A DNA stretch of 64,000 nt, taken from Octopus vulgaris. Its lineage: Eukaryota. The first letter of the stretch is position 1. Every line of letters begins with the position of its first letter. The stretch is from assembly GCA_951406725.2 (NCBI GenBank), contig OX597817.1, positions 23,436,001 through 23,500,000 of the forward strand, in the 5' to 3' direction. The notes under the pieces were generated by a model. The model was not told the origin of the DNA. It did no database searches and saw only the letters and a list, made by a program, of their open reading frames with translations. Made by a program: the position numbers and the translations under genes. Shown here one piece after another: positions 56,321 through 64,000 of this stretch.

Positions 56321-57374
56321 TTATATAAGAGATCGGGGGTAATGCCAAAACAATGCGAAGTAGATACAAGATAAATCACAAGAAAACAAATATGTGAATT
56401 AATGTAGACTTAGCTTGCATTCAATATTTCGGGGCTATGACCCTGTTTTCAAGAAATTGACGATTGTTGCTGTTGTGCGTGTATGTGTGAGTGCGTGTAT
56501 GTATATATGTATATCGTTGTGTTTGAGAGTAGATGTTAACTATACATTTTTGTATAGAAAAAAACTTCTAACGCAAAACATCCGTTGGTTTCATTGTTGC
56601 CGCATTAAACACTATTTAGTATTAAAAAAAAAACTTCTGCGATTGGAAAACCTAAACATTAGCACCATTACCCACTCCACCACACCACACCTCAAAAAAC
56701 AATCATTTGTATATTTCGCATAATTATATTGGTTTTCTCATCCTAGATTTTCCCAGTCGAATTAATAATAAAGTCTTTTATGTTTTACTTATATCCTTAC
56801 TTTCGAAACTTAGTTTTCCTCACAAATCATGTTAATGATTCTCCGAGTCTTACCTATTCAGATAAGGAAAGCTGATGAGAGGAAAAGACTTAATTATGCT
56901 GGTGTTGTTTAAGTTTGGTTGGCATTAACCCAACAAGTTTCGAGGTGCATACTTTATTACAGTTGATATTCAAATAGCAGTGTAGAACGACACGACATGA
57001 CTGTGAACCAAAAGCTAGATCTTCTAAGTGAGAAATATTTCCTTGTGCGGCAACAACACCTACTCAGATGTATTCATTTTGTTTCCTGTTTGTACAATTT
57101 TGATTCATATTTAAAAAAATATAAATTATACAAACGAAAATTTTACTACCCTGCGTAACTTCATGTTTTACGGGAATAAATGTAATTCATTTATTTCTGT
57201 TATGAGTATTTCTTGAACTTTAAACATTTGTTAAATTACAAGTCGTAAATAAAAAATTTCTAACATGCCATTTGTGTGCGAAGAATGACGATTTTAAAGA
57301 GGTTACGCGGGAGCGTCTTTATGATCACATGGTTTCATATAAATATTACATAAATATTCTGTAAATTTCACCAA

Positions 57375-57395
57375 TGATGATTCATCTGATGATGC

Positions 57396-57429
<34 letters not shown>

Positions 57430-57444
57430 AACGACGATGATGAC

Positions 57445-57491
<47 letters not shown>

Positions 57492-57525
57492 CGACGACGA
57501 CGACGACGATGATGACGATGACGAC

Positions 57526-57580
<55 letters not shown>

Positions 57581-57655
57581 GTGGTGGGGTGGTGGTGTGG
57601 TGGTGGTGGTGGTGGTGATAATGAGGATAATGACGACGATGAGGAGGACGACGAC
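57375..57655. repeat. (GAT/GAC/GGT)n microsatellite
   Basis: Read directly. Confidence 0.95.
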
Positions 57656-58196
57656 AATTAAGGCACACGGCAGCAATTTTAGGACAGTGGTTCAGTTGAT
57701 ATGATTCACTCACACAGTAACTAATACTTTGTATTTTGACCCCAAAAGGATGAAAAATTCATTTCATCGGAATTTGAAACCACATTTAAGAGAGGTAAAA
57801 AAAATTTTTTATAAGTCATTTTTCCTGTACAAATTAACTATTTTGAATGGGATCTTTTATTTCCTAGAGGGGTGAATATATACGTAAAATGGTGTCTACA
57901 CCTCGTGAAAATAGGTAAAATTATTATAAAAGTTTTCAGTATGAAAATGGGTAGGAACAGTAGACCGCATAATTCGAGAGAAACCAGGCATAAATGTCCG
58001 GAAAACCCTGCCACATTAACTGCTCGAAACGGAACCACTCACTCTTTTTCTCCCGGCTTCTTCGGAATCCCTGCTCAGTGTAGTTCCTATTAGCCTCGCC
58101 AGCCTCGCCAAACTCGCCACTCTAATAATAATAATGTGTATGATGATAATTATAATTCTCGTGATAAATGTGAGTGTATGTGTTTGTGTATATATG

Positions 58197-58294
<98 letters not shown>

Positions 58295-59169
58295 CGTGTG
58301 TGTGTGAGCGTGTGTGCGTGTATGTATATCTATCTATGACCTATCTATAATAATCTCTCACGCTTTCTTTCTTTCTCACTGTATATATAAAACGGCTCAC
58401 ATAAATACAACTTCGTAAATATACATCAAAGAACAAGAAAATTAATGTACTAATATTACAGCCAGCAGGGGAAAAAATCAATAAATATATCTATATATCT
58501 GAAGAAAATAAAATGGGAAAAAAAACCTGAGTTACAATAAACAATCATCTGAATAATACCAGCGATTATGGAAAGTAGTTGGCAAGTATTTGGCAAAGTA
58601 TTAATAATTCGAACTTCTAAAAAGCAAGGAGCAATAGCAGAACACAAGGATAATTCTCGAAGACCATGAATTCTACATGAAATAACTACATGAATGCTTA
58701 TAATTGTAATTATATTGAAATTATTTAAATTAGAAGCATTTTGAAACAACCATAGTTTCGAACTTATATTTAAAAAAAAAACAAAGAAAACTTGCCACAT
58801 TGTGAAGGTAGCGTTGGAAGTTACTGTTAAAGTAAGTCTTCTTTGTGAGGTTGATTGCGCTGCTTGTAATAAACTGTTTGCTAACTAACACAAATGCATG
58901 AACACCTCGCAACCAACTCCCTTTTCCTTAAAATCAATACGATTGATCGATGTCGGTGGATGTGTCTGCTTATTAAAGAATAAGATGAATAAATGTACGA
59001 CATGTGTCAGATTTTTCTGACAGCAATTTGATTGCTTGTGGTACGATCCATATTTACCATATGCTAAAACGACTACCATTCATTGCACATCATATATTGA
59101 TACAGCAATACAAGGCTAAATGCTTATACTAATAAATATAAATATACATATATATAAGTACATACATGC

Positions 59170-59267
<98 letters not shown>

Positions 59268-60112
59268 ATATGTATGTATGTATGTATTTAGGTAGATGTA
59301 CATACTCATAATCTCAATGGTCTGAAATTGACAGACAGTTATATAAATAAGAAAGTCAATATCTGTATATTGTTGTTATTTATTGACTTCGCTTCCTTTA
59401 AATCCTCTGATTTTCCTTTTTTTTATTTTTTATTTTTTTTTATTTGTACGTGTATTTTACGTTTCTGACATGTTACTTCAAATATTAATATTTCACTTTT
59501 TGATTATTTCATCAACATTCTCGTAGCCAAGCATTCGTTGCACTTTTATTTTTACTATTTATTACAGAGTTACTATGCATGTTTTATCCGTAATTTTATA
59601 TATATTTACTTACAAGCTCGTTGTCTATCGCACTGTTACATTAATTCTTAACCTCTGAGAAATCTATAAAATAGTTGTGTTTACACAAGATTGTGAAGAA
59701 AACCAGATGATGCCGATGAGTTACAAATCACCGAGGTGCATATACTTAAGCCTGTTCCTTAACAGTATACAGAGAAACGCCATCATCAAAAACCTTCCAA
59801 ATGCGATCACCACGTTCTTTCCATAGTTCAATGTCTCTTTTCATTTTTGAAATGTGTGAGAAACGTGCGGCAGTTATATTGCTGTGATGAAACGATTCGT
59901 ATGTTTTCCAGTAAGTTTATCTAATGCTACCTCGTGAACCGAAAAACTGTTGATTTATGTGTCGCAGTATATGAGTAGCATATATTTCAATGATACTTAA
60001 AAAAATATTAACATACCAATTAGAATCCTGTAGATTTTAAACAGAGACGTAGATATATTAATTTTACAAAGATTGAAATGAACAAAGATATTAAAAAATA
60101 AACAAAAATAAT

Positions 60113-60773
60113 AATCCTTTCTACTGGAGGTACAAGACCTGATATTTGTGGGTGAATGGAGTAGACGATTACATCGACCCCAGTGCGTAACTGGTATGTA
60201 TTTCATCGACCCCGAAAGTATGCAGGGCAAAGATTCGACTTCGGTTGAATTTGATCAAAGAACGTAACGGCAGACGAAATACCTATTTCTTTATTACCCA
60301 CAAGGGGCTAAACACAGAGAGGACAAACAAGGACAGACAAACGGATTAAGTCAATTATATCGACCCCAGTGCGTAACTGGTACTTATTTAATCGACCCCG
60401 AAAGGATGAAAGGCAAAGTCGACCTCGGCGGAATTTGAACTCAGAACGTAATGGCAGACGAAATACCTATTTCTTTACTACCCACAAGGGGCTAAACACA
60501 GAGAGGACAAACAAGGACAGACAAACGGATTAAGTCAATTATATCGACCCCAGTGCGTAACTGGTACTTATTTAATCGAACCCGAAAGGATGAAAGGCAA
60601 AGTCGACCTCGGCGGAATTTGAACTCAGAACGTAGCGGCAGACGAAATACCTATGTCTTTACTACCCACAAGGGGCTAAACACAGGGGATAAACAAGGAC
60701 AGACAAACGGATTAATCGACTGGCTCCCTCCCTCAAATTTCAGGCCTTTTGCCTATAGTAGAAAGGATTATTA
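60113..60773 (-). mobile_element. Headless SINE family A tandem array (184-bp period)
   Basis: Unit junctions at 60283, 60467 and 60651; SINE tails at both ends in opposite orientations. Confidence 0.88.
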
Positions 60774-60990
60774 GGCACGCTAGATGCCGAAATATCGTTC
60801 ACTTAATAACAATAACACTCTTCTTCTTCTTGCTTCTGTATAACTACTGGAGGAGTAACCTCTATCCTATAAATTATTACCAAAAATGAAGAAGATTGAC
60901 AAGTCTATTTTTTGAATCTCTGGAAGGCATGCTGATGCCGAAATATCGTTCACTTGATAACAATGGCACACTTCCTTTTTTTTTTTGCTT
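60774..60990 (+). repeat. 152-bp-period direct repeat with HHR-like motif
   Basis: ggca.gct..atgccgaaatatcgttcactt.ataacaat at 60774 and 60926. Confidence 0.7.
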
Positions 60991-60992
60991 CT

Positions 60993-61388
<396 letters not shown>

Positions 61389-62101
61389 CCCTTTCTGCTT
61401 TATATTCAAAGAACGTTGTAAACAATATTTGTCAAATTATAGGATTAGAGAGTGAATAACACTCTTTACGTACGCTTTTTTGAAATCACAACATACATTT
61501 TTTTTTAAAGTATAGATATGAACATCACTGTTTTATTCAAAAGAACTGACTTACAAACAAACCTAAAAGGGAGATTGAAATTTTGAACGGAAAATGTGGT
61601 ACTAGGGAAGATTTCCAACCCATCAAATTTTATAGCAGATATATTTGAATGTGCTTGTTTGATAGACAGATTAGTAAAATAAGCCCTGAAACACGTCACA
61701 AATGTACAAGAACAAACGGTTAAAAGAAAGAATAAAGGCTGCTAAAAGTAATTGGACATTAGACTGTAAAATATCAGACAATTCGCTTGACAATACATCA
61801 TAAAGCGTGAATGTAGCATGATATGAAAAATGTAAGAATATAGAAAATAATTCAGGAAATGAAGAAGTATTATTTTTTATGCTATATGGCTAGTATAAAA
61901 TTTGAGCTTAGAAAAGATTAAAAAAGATGTACTTTCATTTGAATGAAGCTCTTATTAACCTAATTACTGTGCGTTTCAAAAGGTCTCCGTACAAACCAAA
62001 CTTATATAGTCACTTAAGCAATACACGCTCTTCATGAACAAAGAGAAAAATATAAAATGCACACACACATATACACACATACGCACACACATATATGTAC
62101 G

Positions 62102-62508
<407 letters not shown>

Positions 62509-64000
62509 TGTTTGTGTGGATGTGTACGTGTATGTCGCTCTTAGTGCTAATGTTATGAAAGCACGGCTATAGAAAAGGGGGGGCAGGCAAATTATTCAAA
62601 GTGCTTGAGCGAACCCATTAAGATTTCATGGTCTTTCTCATCAATGGGTATATGACACAAAACGTCACGACATATGAGTTGTTTTAATATGAAGCTGCGA
62701 ATCAATATATCAAGTTATTCCCGGACGAGAGATCTGATTCGTACGTTTTCAATAGCATTGTTTTTACTAGTTCTATAACAAATAACATTTATTATTTATA
62801 AAACATTTGATATTTGCATTATTGCTTCAATTACGAATAGAAGCTGTTGGTTTATTAAATGAACAGATTCGTATATTGATATTTAATAAGAATTCAACTC
62901 ATCTATAGCGTTCAGAAAACAGTTTAAACTGCTTCCTGAATCTTCTGGTTATTCATATAGAAAACGAAATAACTCTATATTTTCCAATAACTGGTTTTGT
63001 TTTGCGCGCGGATCTATTACGATAAAAGGAATAATGTATCACTGATATGTCCAGTAAATTCTTCAATTTGGCATTTGTTCAATTTTCTCTGTTTATGCAT
63101 GCATTTGATGTTGGTCGTATACCTTCATCTGTACAGATCGTGTATGAGAGTAGTTGTTTTATATTCAGTTCTTTGATGGTCTGTACAAAAATACACGCGA
63201 GTAATTTAGGGTTTGTAACCTCTTAGAATGAACTACGTCACATCTTTCTGGAAATTTAGGTACAATCTTATTCTTTGTAATTTACTGTTGTCCTGTCTTT
63301 TTCATGTTCTACGTTATTCGATCTTGTCATCTCGTCAATCTGTAGTAAATGTGTATCGAAGCCGATGGGATACATTTTGTCTTCAATTTATTCTCTTTTT
63401 GTTTTGCGAAGAAATGGAAACATTAATGCGACGGAAGCATGGTGTGATTCTTCTTACACGTTCCGTTGCCTTCTTTTGGAGTGTATAAACATTATGTGGC
63501 GGAAGGGGAATGTAGAGGGGATGCGTTTTATTTTTTCTTGCTTTTCCATGTGCATCAAGTTTATTCGGGTTGTTCCATAGGTTTTCAAGCGCAGGATGGA
63601 AAGAATGGCTCATTATTAGCGTCTCGGTAGACAGATGGTGTTTATTTTTCATTTTCTTTTTTAGTATGGACGCTTGGTGACCAATTTACAAAAGCTTTTT
63701 TGCTTTGTTGCTGTATGTATACTGCGAATATTTTTATGACGTGTTTGGTGAGATTGTTGTAGACGCTGGTAATGCTTCAAAATAGTAACTGGATGGCAGT
63801 TTATTCTAGATAACAATTACCATTCTCCGTTTTCTGAAGATAGTTTTTAGTATTTTTTAGTCTAGTTATGTTGAGCATGAAGTTTATTCTTGCTATTGTA
63901 AAACTTGGTTTCTGTCCTTTACATGGTTCGCTCTTTGTTTATGGATAATTTTCGTTTAAAGGTGCTATTTACCATGTGGCATATTAAGTGTTTGGATTTT

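Noticed and set aside
56871-56892. ctgatga...gaaa hammerhead-like match
   Set aside because: No stem II or stem I/III pairing; chance match (likewise at 28765).
62560-64000. Possible degenerate retroelement RT on the minus strand
   Set aside because: Strand-biased composition is suggestive, but no motif could be read with confidence.

Overview
AT-rich, repeat-saturated eukaryotic DNA. The SINE families and the extreme di/trinucleotide microsatellite load are most like an Octopus (coleoid cephalopod) genome; this is recognition from memory, not a database result. No intact host gene could be supported, and most ORFs in the track are microsatellite artefacts. Recognisable content: Helitron relics (RepHel pseudogene, 5'-TC/3'-CTAG ends, non-autonomous copies), Tc1/mariner relics (Hsmar1-like DD34D, a maT-like fragment, MITEs), many R4/Dong-like RLE non-LTR fragments next to (ATT)n tracts, RTE RT relics, the 5' half of a CR1-like LINE, and several tRNA-derived SINE families, one of which forms ~184-bp tandem arrays. 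The most interesting signal is a set of unrelated short repeats carrying minimal type-I hammerhead ribozyme (HHR) motifs of the Penelope pseudo-LTR kind. They recur as divergent inverted pairs beside microsatellites and include non-canonical cores (U3-A8 compensated; CUGUNGA). A pre-miRNA-like hairpin is also present.
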